Assembly (NCBI RefSeq): GCF_009914755.1
Contig: NC_060926.1
Length of the DNA stretch: 64,000 nt
Source of the DNA: the human T2T-CHM13v2.0 reference genome, Homo sapiens
Reading direction: 5' to 3' (one strand)
Shown here in pieces: positions 28,872 through 43,312 of this stretch. The notes beneath the pieces are model-generated. The model did not search any database. It had not been told where the DNA came from and saw only the letters and a program-made list of their open reading frames with translations. The translations under genes were made by a program, and so were the position numbers. Each line of letters opens with the position of its first letter. Position 1 is the first letter of the stretch.

Positions 28872-30859
28872 TAAGCACTTTTCCAAAATTTTACTTTGTT
28901 TTTCCAGGATATAATTTACTGTTTTTCCATCAAAGGGACAATGAAATCTCACTGATTCTGTCCACGCTGTGGCCTGCCTAAGTGAAGTTTGTTACCACCA
29001 AAGAGGACCATTATAGACAAGCCAAATTAGTGATTATGGAAAATATCCTCTTAACATTTTATGTTTACACTATGTGTAATATTTGCCTCTTCATCTGTTC
29101 TTTCTTCATTCCCTGCATCTTCATTCCTCTCATTTAGTGGAAAATAAAATATAATTAATATTCTCAACATATAGCAATTAAATAGGCTCTGGAAGTGTAG
29201 TGAATCAATCCATTTGCAATTCAAATACTTTGGGGAGTAAATACCCCTCGTTGTACACATGTAAATAATTTTGGCAGATTACTAGTCAAAGTGATGCTAA
29301 ATAAAGATTTTTTTTGTTGCATCAGGGATGTGGACTTAAAAGTAAGTTTTCTTTGGAATTACAACAAGAAGTTGAATTTCAGGCCAGTATTATTCAAGTT
29401 TTTCTAAATCTTTATTTTCTGAGTAAATGTAGTACGGACAAGCAGATAATATTAGAAACATAGTTTTTACTGTGATACAATGTATGTTTATGTATCATAA
29501 CTATTATTTCATATTAAGGTAGAAAACTACAAATGTGCTTCTCTATATGTACATAGCTATTTAAACATATGTAATTGATATGCCTGTTCAGTTGCCATAC
29601 TAATTTCTGCATTATCAAGCAACCAAAAATTATATATTAGTTAATTTTTATTCATTTGCAAAATGATCCTCACATTTCCCCCCAAATATTGACACATAGG
29701 CTTAATGTGTATATGTATTGTCGTCTTTCTAAAAATACCATTTTAACTTCTGTTTGTACATCAAGACTTACAAAGTGGAGATCAGAATGATTCGTAGTGT
29801 ATCTTGCATAGAAGGCTTATATAATGATATCAGTAATATCTATTAAAAAGCATTCTCTTTCACTTTATGGTGTTTCCCATAATTCTGGCCAGAGGCATAA
29901 TTTTAGAAGTCAACAAATCTTAGGAAGACTCTTCACCTCAATAAAAGGTATCTGAAAAGATGACAGCTGCAAGGGGCAAACTCCTATGTCTCTATGTCCC
30001 GGACTCCTTTAAAAGGTAGCAAATTGGTACTGGCTGTGTGAAAGGCCAAGTTAATTGCCGGATAACATCCCTCTAGACCTGATAAGGAAAACAGGGATCA
30101 AGGTCCCTTCTACTCTTACTGAAGCACACTTGCTATGCAGAGCTTAGCAACAAGATAAGGCCACTAAAATTAATACAAGGTCTGGATAAAAGAAGGAAAA
30201 TTGCAAATTACCTACACCACAAATTTGCAGTGGGCCAGTTGCTGTAAACTATTCAACAGTACCCATTTCTTTGGTGTAAAGGAGCCCTGAAAATGTTTCC
30301 TACAGTGAAACATGCCAGTTACTTGGATTATGTACAAAATAAAGTTAATAACAGAAATAAAATAACTCCTCCAAATATTCAAATACACTGCCTTGAAATG
30401 AGCTGTATTTTCCCCATGTATTTGCTATTAAGCAATTTCTGAAAGGTAATGAAAAACAAACTACAATTTTAAAAATGTTTCTTCAAAGCCAATTTCCTAT
30501 TTGTAGTAAATTAATGTGAGAGCTATCTAAAGGAATTCTCCTCATGATAACCATAAACTTAAAGTACAGTTTGGAGAAGTAAAAGTAGAAAATACAAAAC
30601 TAACATTTATAAAAAGAACTTTATTTACCATACTATTGTCTAAGCAGACAGACTTTCCTTTTCGATGCCCAGTAGAATGCTTTACATTTTGCACATGTAA
30701 TTGCAAATTCATCATTTTATTCTCCCAGTCACGAGATGGGTCAAAATTACTGAGCCATTTGCAGATGCGGACACTCAGACTCAAACACTTTAAATAATTA
30801 GTTGAAAGTCCCACAACTGATAAATTATATGTTGAACCAAATCATTTTTTAATTTATGC

Positions 30860-32100
30860 ATTTATTCCCAATTTAAGAAGACAAATTTAGCAAAAAAAAT
30901 CTGTGCCAGGAACAGTGCTACAGTCCCTGAAGCTCACTGTTTAGTGAAAGAGACAGATGCAGAAACAAGTAATTCAAATGTCAAAATTGCAACAACAGCA
31001 ATATATATACTATATTTTTGGGTCACAGGGAAAAGGCAGGTAAAGGAAGGGTTCCTAGAGGAGAAGATATGTGGGCCAAGCCTTAAACACTACATAGGCA
31101 TCAGCCACACAAAGGAAACAAAGACGAAGATGGGGTGGGATAGTGTTTAGATGAGAGCAGCAGTTGGATTTGGGGGACTGTAAAGTATCGGATGGGAAGA
31201 TATAAGAGGTATAAGCGGGAACCAGATCATGAAGGGCCTAGTAAGGACCAATAGGATGTTTTATTGTTTTGGAAGTGCCTAAAGGGGGCAGGTGGTCAGA
31301 TTTTTCACCTTAGGTATGGCCGTGTACAAGGACAATTTTAAGGCAACAATATTGAAGATGAAGAGATTGTTCAGGAGCCATGGCAGAATACAAGGGAGAA
31401 CGAGGACCCAAACCAGGAGCTGGTGGAGTTGGGGATGAGGATGGAAAAGAAGGAATGTGGTCAAGAAATACTTAGGAGGTAAAATAGACAGAACATGGGG
31501 TGATTGATCAGAATGTAAAGGAAAGGGAACAAAATCAAGGACAGCTCTCAGGTTTTCAGCTTGGGAGACTTGGTAGGTTGTAGAAACACTGACTGAAGTG
31601 GAGGTTACAGGGGGAAGCTGTTCAGTACAGTTTGGGGTGCCTGTAGGATAGGCTGGACATACGTGTCTGAAACTGGGGAGAAGTGGTATTTGACAGTATA
31701 CAAATGACTGCAGTCACACAAAGATACTTTGACCAATTTGAAGAATAGTAGGCTAAGGATTGAACATGCAATAGAATGAAGAAGATGGGAAGAATGGTCA
31801 GTGAGGAGGAGGAGAATCAGGGAAAGTAGACAGAGTCTCAGAAGTCAAAGACTGATAAAATGATCAACAGAGGTGCAGTAAGACAAGAACTGAAAAATCC
31901 CCATCAGATTGGGCAATTTGAAGGTCACTGGTAAACTTCAGTGAGAACAGTTTCCAGTAGAGTGATGGGTATACACACAAAATGGCTATTAAATAAGAAT
32001 AAGGAAATAGGGAGAGGAGATGTAGATTATTTACTCTTCTTTCTACCCATAATGTGAAAAATTCCTGAAAAATAACGAAGAAAGAATTTTTAAAATGACA
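30860..32100 (-). mobile_element. L2 fragment (~1.2 kb)
   Basis: tgtgccaggaacagtgct..., ggaaccagatcatgaagggcc, ggaggtaaaatagacagaac, gggcaatttgaaggtcactggtaaactt are antisense L2 motifs. Confidence 0.75.
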
Positions 32101-32199
32101 AAGATTTGACTACTTTTGTAGACTGAGGGGAAGAAGAAAAGAGGAAAAGGCTGAAAAAGGAAGGTGTCATTTGGAGCAAGATAATTAAGAGGTTGGTTT

Positions 32200-32380
32200 T
32201 TCACCTGGACTCAAGTCCTGTTTCTACCACTTCATAGCTGTGTGTTCGTAATCTCCCTGGGCCTAAATTCTTCATTTCTAAAATGGGCATAATCCTATTT
32301 TAGGATTGTTATAACATAGATAATATAGAGAGAGCCTCAGCACAGTACTTGGCACATGGCATTTAGTAAATAGCTATTTT
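32200..32380 (+). mobile_element. MIR
   Basis: cctggactcaagtcctg...tctccctgggcctaaattcttcatttctaaaatgggcataat...cttggcacatgg. Confidence 0.7.
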
Positions 32381-33838
32381 TCTTATAAAGATACAGGTGA
32401 AAGAAAGAAAATTATCTGTTATTTTTGCCAGTTGAAACATTCTACCACCATATTAGATGTTTGGTATTTTATATAGTCATTTTAATCCTCAGTATCCTCA
32501 ATCAAACTGTACAACAAATAAATATCTTTAAACATATGTTCTAATTATATCCTAGTAGTAACATATTTATTTAATACATTACTTAGGGCAATTTTGTACT
32601 TAAAAGCAGAAATAGCTTTATTAAAGAAAAATTCCACAGCTTTTACATATGTTATAGTTTTCATTTAAGCGAGGAGCAAATCTTCTGTCTATATGTACGT
32701 ATACATTTCTTGGGAAACCTGATTTTTTGTGAAGCTGGAAAACAATAAAGTGATTAAGTAAATCACATTTTCACTTTAAAACCAAGGAATGATACTTACC
32801 ATGTTAAATTTCCTGAGATCTGCATACATTCCCCATGGATTCAGTTTCAGAGCTCAGGGTTTTTGACTTTTAGGTCTCACCCAAATTTGTTACATACTGT
32901 ATGAAGTGAGTCACTTAAACTCTGAACTGACAGTGTAGAACAACTTGCAATTTCTCATTTCCCTTCTATTTCTTGTACTACTCATAGAGGTGTACCTGGC
33001 TTTTTAAAAAATTAGTGAAGATAAAGATAATGTGTGACAGTGTAGGCAATGAAGTTGAGAAGTGGCAATTATCTCCATTAATAATTAGAAATGTGATTAT
33101 ATGAACATCTATTACTTAATCAAGTAGGTTTTAGAGTGTCCATTAGTAAAAATGTTTATTATTAAATGTCAGCAGGGAATAGAAAATAGTAGAAGAAACT
33201 CCACAGGGAGGCCCTCTGGACTGAAAGACTGAATTTTGACTAATTGTTCATTTCTTGAATTCATAGAGCTTTTTCTTCCTCTTTTAAGTTCATTCTTCCC
33301 TGACCTGACCAGTAGCTGGTCTGCAGATATGACATCTGGGAGAGTCTCTCTTTACCTCTCAAATCTCATGATATATACAAATAATTTCATGCCCCACATC
33401 TATGTATTTATTTTCTCTTCCAAAAGTAGTCATTTCTCCCTCTATTAACTACTAAGTTGTGTTAAAGGTGAAACATTATACTAATTTAGCTTGAATTAAT
33501 GCAAGGTGTTTACAAATATTTTAAATATCTTGAAGAATGAGATGACAAAACTCATGAAATTGTTTTTTCCAACAAGTAATGCTGAATCGTTTTTGTGCTT
33601 GAATGGTAATTGTTATTGCAATTTTTCATGGTTAGGTAAAAATCTTTTACCCATGACTATCACTTTTGAAAACTATAGTCAAATATCCATTTTCTTCATT
33701 ACAAAATTAGAATTAATTTCACCAATTCTTAAAAAGTCATGAAGTATCACATACAAACAGTTGTCATAATACCTATTCCATCAAATTATTGTAAGGATTA
33801 AATGAGATAATGTATATAGAGTTTTAATACAATACTTG

Positions 33839-34182
<344 letters not shown>

Positions 34183-35699
34183 TTACTAAGATTAAATGTG
34201 AGAGAACCAAGGTTCTCTGGAGGTTTTTCATTAAAACATTGTAACTTCATTTTAAATATTTGGAACTTTATATAGTCAATTTTAAACTCCTAAGATATTT
34301 TAATCAAAATTTATAATAAATAAATGTCTTATAAAACTTGTTAATACGTCAAACTTATGTTCATACAAAAGAAATAGTGAGGATAAATTTATTTAACACA
34401 TTACACACAGTGCGATATTGTCAGGCAACGTGGCAATGATAATACTGTCAGAACCCTTGCCAAGCAGCCTGCAAAAGGGGCCCCAGCCCAGCCTCAGCAA
34501 ACCCTAGGTGGCCTTGCAGAGTGCTCCCAGGAGCTTGCTTGGCAGACACCTCATTAGGAAAACAACTGAGACTGACTCCATGAGATGACCAGGGCCCCTT
34601 GAAACTGGAATGGGTAGGTAAAAGGAAGACAGTACATACATAATAAAAAAACTTCTTATATACCAGTTAGAAGGAATGAATAGATTATACAAACTAGATG
34701 GTATTTAAAACAGTTATAAGGAGAAAAAAGAGAAGTATGTATATCATGACACCTTTTGTGTGTGTGTTTAAAAAAAAACACACATAAAACAATACTAGAT
34801 TAAAGTATAAAAGCAGACTAAAAGTTGAGGGGGGAAGGTGAGGGAAAATGGGACCAGGATAGGTAACAGGGAACTCCAGCTTTATTTTTTTAATATAAAA
34901 GACTTAAAGGAATTTATTAACATTTCCTTCCAGCGGGGGAATATATTAGGTTTATTTTATCCTATGTACTCCTCTGCATTTTAAAATTTCTAAAAATAAA
35001 TGACAAAAATATAAAAGCTAAAGACTAGCTTACAGGGCAGCAAAAGGTAGGGGTTGATGCCATATTCCCCTTATAATTTGGTTAAAACCAATACACTAAT
35101 TTTTCCCTTCAGTTAAACTGACCTAAGTACGTATATATTTTTTGAAACATAGGACCATCTGGGCCACCTTTGACAAATATTTTTATTTAGCAAATACATA
35201 GAGCATCTATGGTATGTCTAGCACTATAGAACTCAGGGGTGGAAAACTCGGAGTTCTCAAAGTGTAGACAGAAACTCAATGTATGCATTGTCCAGTCCTG
35301 GTGTGTGAGGAAAAAACCTAGGGAAAGCTATGGTAAACTGAACTAAAGTTCAAAAATGTTTCAAAACACTATGCTAACCAAACTAAATACAACAGTAAGC
35401 CAAACTCTCCCACGACTGCAAATTTCCAGTCTCCATGGTAGATGCTAAGATAGGACTTAACTCATGGAAACCCATGCTAACCACCTGTTATGAAAACGTT
35501 ACCTCCAGCAGCTTTTCTAGTAATTGTCATGACAGGGTAAATGAAAAGAATCACCTTAGCACTTGGAAAAAATGAGTAATTATTTATTGCATAAAGGAGG
35601 AAAAACAAGTTAACAGTCAGGATGGGCAAAGTGTACATAACCACAGAGGTGGGTAGCATGGATTTACCTGATTTTAGTTCAACAGCTTCATAGATCTAA

Positions 35700-36210
35700 G
35701 CTTCAAAAATGGCAGATGCACCGTGTGTGTTATTCGGGCCAAACATGTGTAATGGAATGCTAAGTGGAGAGAAAAGGTCAGAGAAGTGATAGGCACCCTG
35801 AGGCCGTCATTCTTTATCTGTTCAAATAGTTACCTCATTTTGGCTTTTGGCCCTGGGGGGCAGGCTCCGGAGCCTCAGGTGCGTCAGAGTTAAGCTGTTT
35901 CCCACCCCGGAACACGCACCGGCATTTCAGCCTTCACTTGCTCAACTCCAGAGCCAGGACGCTCCAGAGAGGACAGAGGGAGCTCCCTAGTGGCCAGAGC
36001 CTGCAGTTCAGCCCCTCCGCCCTTCCTCTGATCACACAGTCAGGCTGACTGAGAAAGAAACAAGAAGCAACACAGGGCCGGCTGGAGCCAGGGAGCATGA
36101 GGGGCGTCTCTGGGAGAGGGAACCCGTGGCCCAACTTTCTTCCCAAATCACCAGATTGTGGAAGAAGCATGTGGAAGAGGAAAAAGTCCATCTCCCCGCC
36201 CCACAATCTG
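35700..36210. promoter_or_regulatory. GC/CpG-enriched intronic patch, candidate enhancer or internal promoter
   Basis: Retained CpGs in an AT-rich intron. GC boxes at 36017-36022 and 36194-36202, and TGCGTCA at 35880-35886. Confidence 0.4.
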
Positions 36211-36364
36211 TTCAACTTTTTTTAGTAGTTCTGTGACTTTAATCATTAGTATTCAGTGATAAGAATCCCAGAGTGATGTTTTGTCATCTGAATTTTCCAA
36301 ACGCGAGTATAAATTGGCTTTCTCTCGTGGAATTGGTACTTTTGTTTTCTGATTAGGAAATTAA

Positions 36365-36502
<138 letters not shown>

Positions 36503-37379
36503 TAATTTATTTTTCCATTATACTACGTTTCTTTGAAAATAAATTGTGTTACACTTTTTGGTAAAGTCTCTTGAGTATTGTCAAACAACTCACATAGCAA
36601 TACTAAATTACTAGCCTAGAAAAAAAAGACAAATATTAGAAAAGATTCAAAGTCATTTAAGAAAAAGAAACCTACCACATTAACTATGTCTTTCTTCCTG
36701 AGATAAGTAATTTTGTTTTGCCACATAACGTTCGTTTAAAATATGAGCAGCAAAATATTGAAGTTCAAACCACAGCTTTCTGCACTTGACTCTGTGAATG
36801 GCCATGGCCATTACTGTTGCTTATATATGTAGTAATGCAAACTTTGTTCTGTCCATTGAACCAAAAAGACAGTGGGGTCAAGATCAAGAGTATATAGACC
36901 TCTCATATCCCATTTTTATTGAACTGTGCATATAATAGCATTGAGTGTGAGAAGTTTAATCGTTATGCTCCAGTTCACATATTGACTGATGTAAATACTT
37001 AAAATATAATTTTGGTAATCTGTTAAAAATGTGAATTGTCTAAGGCTATTTAGCATGAAAAATAATTTCTTTTATTTGACCTTATGTTACAAGGTTATCT
37101 GAATCCCAACAAACCATCCAATGACAATTGAATGATGGGATTAGTATAGGTTTTAGAGATTTTGTAATCCAACCAAACCATCATTTCGCAGATGGGTGAA
37201 TTGAAGCCCTGAGACATTAAATTTCCTGATAAAATTATAGGAAAGATCTAGATTGGGGATTATAAACTCAAATGTTTTCTAGGGCCAGGCAAATTATATC
37301 AGTAAGTAAAGTGGGCCAGGTATGACAGCAGTTGGAATGGATGAGAAATGCCAGTGAAGATCCATGGGTTAGGGTAGGC

Positions 37380-37745
37380 TACCAATCTAGAGGCTCAGCA
37401 CAGTATAAGCCATTACCCACTTGAGTCTGGTGCTGGTTGAGGAAGGGTTGCTCCACACCAGGGCACAGATTCTTTCTGTATCTAGTGACCACCTCTCTTA
37501 GGACCTCAGAGTGCTCCATTATATCCTTTGCATTTTGCCTTGAAGGTAAAAGAAAAGAGCGTGCTAAGAATACTGCCAGCATAGGTTTTATGAGCCAGAC
37601 CTGGAAGCTCATTCTGTTGACTTTCCACTGACCTGACCTAATCATATGGCCTTCTTAACTCAAGTAGAATAGGAAATAGAACATAGAATGTGCCTGCCCA
37701 GGAAAAAGAGAAAATGAGTTTGGCCATCATCTCTCTAGGCTCTGC
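37380..37745 (-). mobile_element. Old MaLR (MLT1-like) LTR remnant
   Basis: gccagacctggaag...ctttccactgacctgacctaatcatatggcc...aatgtgcctgcccaggaaaaagagaaaatgagtttgg resembles MLT1 LTRs. Confidence 0.5.
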
Positions 37746-39116
37746 CTCGGGACATTTGGTCCTGGTGGAAATCAGGTAGTTGAGAGTAATAAGGATCAGG
37801 GCAACCTGGGAGTCATGTGCTCTCTCCAGAAGGCATTCCTTCCATGCTCCAGCAGATCTTAGACATCTGGGAAATTGTGTTCATGTTGCAAGATCTTTCC
37901 ATTTTTCATATAAAACTAGAAGTCTAGAAGTAAATTTTCTCATTTTTATGGGTTGACAACTGTTTTAAAAAATATTAAAGTGCCATATGGCTAAACAAAA
38001 TACCATTTCAGCCACATTTGGTCCACAGATTACTAGTTTGCAGTCTCAGTTATAAAAAGTTTCTTTCCTCAGTTATAAAAAGTTTTGGCTCTTTACTACA
38101 GAATAGTTGTTTTAAAAAATGTGTATGGAGAAGATTAGGAGGAATAGGCAGATTGAAAAACCCATAAACATTATTTAAAATTTTTAAATATTATTTTTTA
38201 AAAGCATTCTGCATTTGAGTCTGGATAGCATTGCCCTTTGCTGCTGTCTAAACATTATTTTTAAGCATGTAATTGAGCCAACTTGTAGTGGATCCGGAGA
38301 GGCGATTGTACTCATCTCTTCCTAATTCTAAGTCCTGTGACATAAGGTTGGCCAGGGTAAAAGTTTTACACCACAGAAACTGGCAAAATGCTAAAATGGA
38401 CTTGTGTCGAAATGCTGATTAAGCATTTGCTACACCATTGCCTTGGGTTCATCCCTCCTCTCCTAGGTCTTGGACCTTGCTCCTTTCCACCAATAGCTAC
38501 AAGACAATTTGATCACTCCCTCCTCCAAATTATACCTGCTATCTAATGCTGCTCAGCCACTGCTCAATCTGATGAACAGCACTAAATGTTGCTAGTTCCT
38601 GCATTAGCACATAAAGAAAGGTGAGTTGTATTAACTGCTCCTCCCAGACTACACAATTTCAGATCTGCCAACAGATGATAGTGGTATTCTCTTTTCCATT
38701 TTGATTCTTCTTATGAACAAACATCCTTGGGCTGAGCTATGTGTGCATGTTATTATAATTTGTGACCCTTCCTAGTCATTGTAAAATAAGTAGGGTAACA
38801 AAGTGAGGGAAAAAAAGGGGCATGTTTGGTGTGTAATTATTCATTCTTCCAGGCTGTAGTGAAATTGGTGATCTAGGGTCTCTGACAGGGAAGGCTTTAT
38901 TTTTGTTTTAAATGGACAATGGGGGTAACAACTGCACATTGCATTTCCCATACTTGATTTTGTCCAGTTCATCCTTTGTTTTCCACTGTCTATTGGCACC
39001 CGCAGAGTGTTGCACTGCTTATCAGTTTCTAGCATTCTGCATTCTCTGTAGTGACTGTGGGCACACTGACATCTGGGGTCTTGGTAAACATTTGAAGTGC
39101 CTCAGGATATCAGTAA

Positions 39117-39302
<186 letters not shown>

Positions 39303-39796
39303 CAGAGACTACTCCACTAATGCGCAGTGTTTATTAAAGGAACATGCACAGATGTATCTGTATATAGGTATTGATATAGCCACAGTTATATCAATATTTA
39401 GACTATGGCAGATAGCTACCACCACCACAGGGTGCTAAAAGAAACAGTGATACAAAATTTTTTTGATCAGGAAGGATAATGAATGCTGGAAAAGCCAATC
39501 AAAGTCTCTGTGTGATGAGAGTGATCAATGGTCAAGAGATTACTGAGAAACTCTTTTTCTATAATACTAAATTGTGATTATAAGAAATAGTCCAAATGTT
39601 TCTGAAGAATTTTCAATGTTGTATATAGAAAATACAGAATTTCATGGTGATATCAGAAATGTAAATATTGTACAGTATTGTCATGTACAAGCGTACCTAA
39701 TGCACACTTTATCTTTTATTGTACAAAGAAATAGTGTACAAAATTCTTTGGTTTCTATGGAGTACACCTACCAGAGACTACCAGTGTAAAGTGATA

Positions 39797-39802
39797 AATA
39801 AA
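39797..39802 (+). terminator. Proximal polyadenylation signal AATAAA
   Basis: AATAAA preceded by a cluster of TGTA (CFIm) motifs at 39620-39790 and followed by a GT/T-rich element near 39841-39856. Confidence 0.7.
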
Positions 39803-42800
39803 AATACAACCTAAATGCTTTTCTATGATAATGTAAAAGATGCTGTTTTTGTATTTAACAGCAGAGAAAAGGCATGATGATGTAATATCTGAATTATGAC
39901 ATACACTGCACACCACTGAGTGTCCATTTATATTGTCTGTTTGGAATGAACCTTGCCTGGAAGCACTGGACTCAATTTCGGGTGTCTAGGAAATTGCAAC
40001 TTTGCAGATTTCTAAAGGGATGAGGGCTCACAGGTCTAAATTAAGAATTCAGAAACTGCAACCATTTGTTGCATATTTTTTTTACCTAAGTTTTAAAATA
40101 GAATAGGTTTTATAAAAAAAAATCTTAGATGGAATATTTTACTCAGCCATTTCTGTAGTTAACATTTGATAGCCACCTGTTGAAGCAGATAGCTTATACT
40201 GACTGCACCACCGCTGGTGCTCAGAATTGAGGGTTTTTTTGCAAATGATATCTGACAAGGTAAAACTTTCTATTTCCGTACATGGAGGCAAAAACCCCAC
40301 TTTGCAACCATTATCAGAGGTAAGATTGATAATAATTCATTTTTTTGTAGTGGCAAAAATAAATATGAATCATCAAAGCAAGTTTCATATCCATTCATCA
40401 GTATTACTTAACCCAGAAGTTAAGGTGGCTTACGGAATTATTAGCAATGGTAATTTTTTTATCAGTATTGTGTAACATATCAGATTTATTTTATTTAAAG
40501 AATTATTTATACCATTAACAGATTCTTATATATATTAATGTGGCAAAAATGTGCAGGTTAAATCTATTAACCAAATTATTTATATTATATTAAGTAAGAA
40601 AAAATGTGAAACAAATGTAGAGAGAAAATACTACATTACAAGTATACAAACCTAAAACTGTGAGCCATTGTAAAGTACAAGGTAATTAATAAGAAATGTA
40701 GCACAACATAATTTTCCGTCTTCTTCTCACAATTTTTGTGGTGGTGGTATTACCCTATCTTCCAGGCAGTTAAGCAAAGTTTAGGCTTCCAGCCTGACTT
40801 CAGTTGATGGATTGTCAAAAGAAGGGATCTATTATCCCTTTATTCTTGGAACCACCAGTCCCTGCCCCAAACCCTTAAACCCCTAGAGAGCACTGCCTCG
40901 TCCTCTAGCCTGGGGCTCACACAACAGTCTGCCACTCAGGCTGCTAGGAGATTCTCCAATAGCAGGCTCAGCACCTCAAACTGCCCACCACCTCTCCTAC
41001 TGCTCCTCTCCCACCCACCACCCAAACTCCTCAGTCCTGTCATGTAGCAGAGTTCCAGTAACTCAGGAAAATGGAGACCAAGGTCATTCCTTAAGTTGGT
41101 TTCTTGGGGCCACAGCACAGAGCATGCCACCTGGGCTCACTTTTGATAGCAACAGCTCTTAGTTATTCCCCTAGGTCTCCTGTGTCTCTCTGTCCCTCTG
41201 TTCCTACTTTCAACCTACCCCCAAGCCTGATGGAATGCAACTGGCTACCCTGGGCTTCATGACCTCAAAGTAGGAACCCTTCGTTCTGGGGGTAGGTTCA
41301 TTTTGTCTCTCTTGTAATGGTGGGATTGCCTGCCCAGTTCCTTCATGCAGTCACATGAAGTAATCTTTTGTGTAGTTTAGTTGACACATGTTTATAAGTT
41401 AAAAGTTGATGTGGCTAGTATGTTTAAACCATTAATGTCCATTTTTTTTGCACCAACCTGTTTTTCTACTGTTTTTTCCTACACATTTTTGTTTATTCAC
41501 AGACAGACAGACATGTGTGTTTGTATGCTGGGTGTGTCTGTATGTGTGTATGTGTTGATATGTAAATTTTTTAGCCTTTGCTTTTCTGTCTTCAGGCTGA
41601 GTTTGTGTTGACCAAGCCTTCTTTTTGGTATTTTGAGCTAATTCAGTTTGTGCTTCCCTCCCATTGTATACTTTACATAAGTAGACCATGTAAAGTATGT
41701 TTGTGCCCATGATTTCACTGGTTGCTATGGCTTTGATATGGGTGCTAGGTGTAGTAGTTTCAGTCCACGTGGGTTTTTTTCATCTCTCTTAGAGTTATAT
41801 GGTTTTGTGTAAGCAGTTAATGTAAATATTGTTAGCATTACAGGTCATACAGTGCTGTAACATTTTTTTAAATGTTGCACCTACTTTACAATTAAAAAAT
41901 TGGTCACTCGCACTTCAATTTTGCCCATAGAGCCATTTCTTTGTCTTTGTATTGAAGCCAATTCATTTTTTTAAATGAAGGCTAGGCCTTCTATGTTACC
42001 AAAATTTTTATTCCCTAAAATAAACTTTTTAAGAAACAAATCCAAGAATGGAAACAGATGAAAAATTTTTTCTTCTTTAAAGAACATAATAGTTCCTGCT
42101 GGAAAAGGAAATCTAATTTTATTTTGTGTCCCTTAACAGTCCTAGGAAGCACAAGGAGAATAAACTAAACCTCTAAGAAGGTTTTAAAAATTATTTCAAA
42201 TGAGTGAAAATTAACTGAGCAGCTTTTGTGTGATTTGTCTTGTTTGTAGCATTAAAAGCAAACCAGGGTTTTTATTTATTTAAAGGAACATTTTTGGCTT
42301 GTACTTTTCAGTGCCATTATGAATGAAAATGTTTTAAGAACATTCATCCCTTGTGATATCATGGGCCACTTTTAGTCTTTTATTTGGACCCTGACTTTGA
42401 GTTTTTGCTATGCCTGTTTTTTAAGTAAACACAGCCTTCTTATTTGAACGTAACACTGCAGAATTGCAGGAAGAGAAAAGGGCAGTTAGTTATTTCACTT
42501 TCTGTAAGTTTTAGGAAGATTCTTATATCCTACGAGGTGACTCATGTTTCATTTTAGACCATGATAGCACATTGTTGTTAACTTTGGTAATCTTCCATGC
42601 AGTTTGCAGTGTTCCCTTGCAAGTCACAAGCATATATGCATTAAGATTTTAAAATCTAAGATGCTTAAGATGTTGGTGGCATTGCTCTTTCTGAAAAGAA
42701 AGACAAAATACTAGACCTTGCTGAAAATTGGATATCTTATTTACTTTGCCCATTTATGCCCGAATGGTGTAATGCAAGACTCAAGACTTTTCAATGTAGT

Positions 42801-43306
42801 ATATCAAATGAGTTGTGCATTGATTCATTTGGGGGACATGAACAAAAATTATCAACCAGCCAGAACTGTAATATTTAATTAGTTCATCTTTTTCTTTCAT
42901 TCACTCTATCACATTTGCATTAGCCAAAGAGATAAGAACATTAGTAATTCATATGTGTAAACAACCCAGAAGTGAATATTAAATCAGTGAGCCAAAAAGC
43001 AATAAACAACTCGAGCATGGGAAATCCTGCTAACAGTGGGGAGTCTGATATAGAAAAAATATATAAAAAGCATTATCTTCAAATATGAAAGATTAATTTG
43101 TATCTACTGTAAATATGTATTACCAGCCTTATCTGCATTTATACACACTGTGTGTGTACCTCAGTGACCTTTTATAAACCGGAAAAATGGTTGATTTAAT
43201 AATTTGTTATGTAAATACAAAGTTGTCTATAAATTGGAAAATTTGATGCCAGATGGCTTCATAATATACAAATGTGTTTTGTAACATCATGCCTTTATGG
43301 ATTAAG

Positions 43307-43312
43307 TATAAA
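43307..43312 (+). terminator. Candidate distal polyadenylation signal (variant TATAAA)
   Basis: Variant hexamer preceded by several TGTA motifs (43099-43285) at the end of the repeat-poor UTR-like block. Confidence 0.45.

Noticed and set aside
38045-38085. 18-bp direct repeat ctcagttataaaaagttt x2 (similar short duplications near 47700 and 61875-61915)
   Set aside because: Ordinary slippage duplications with two copies only. There is no repeat-spacer array and nothing CRISPR-like.
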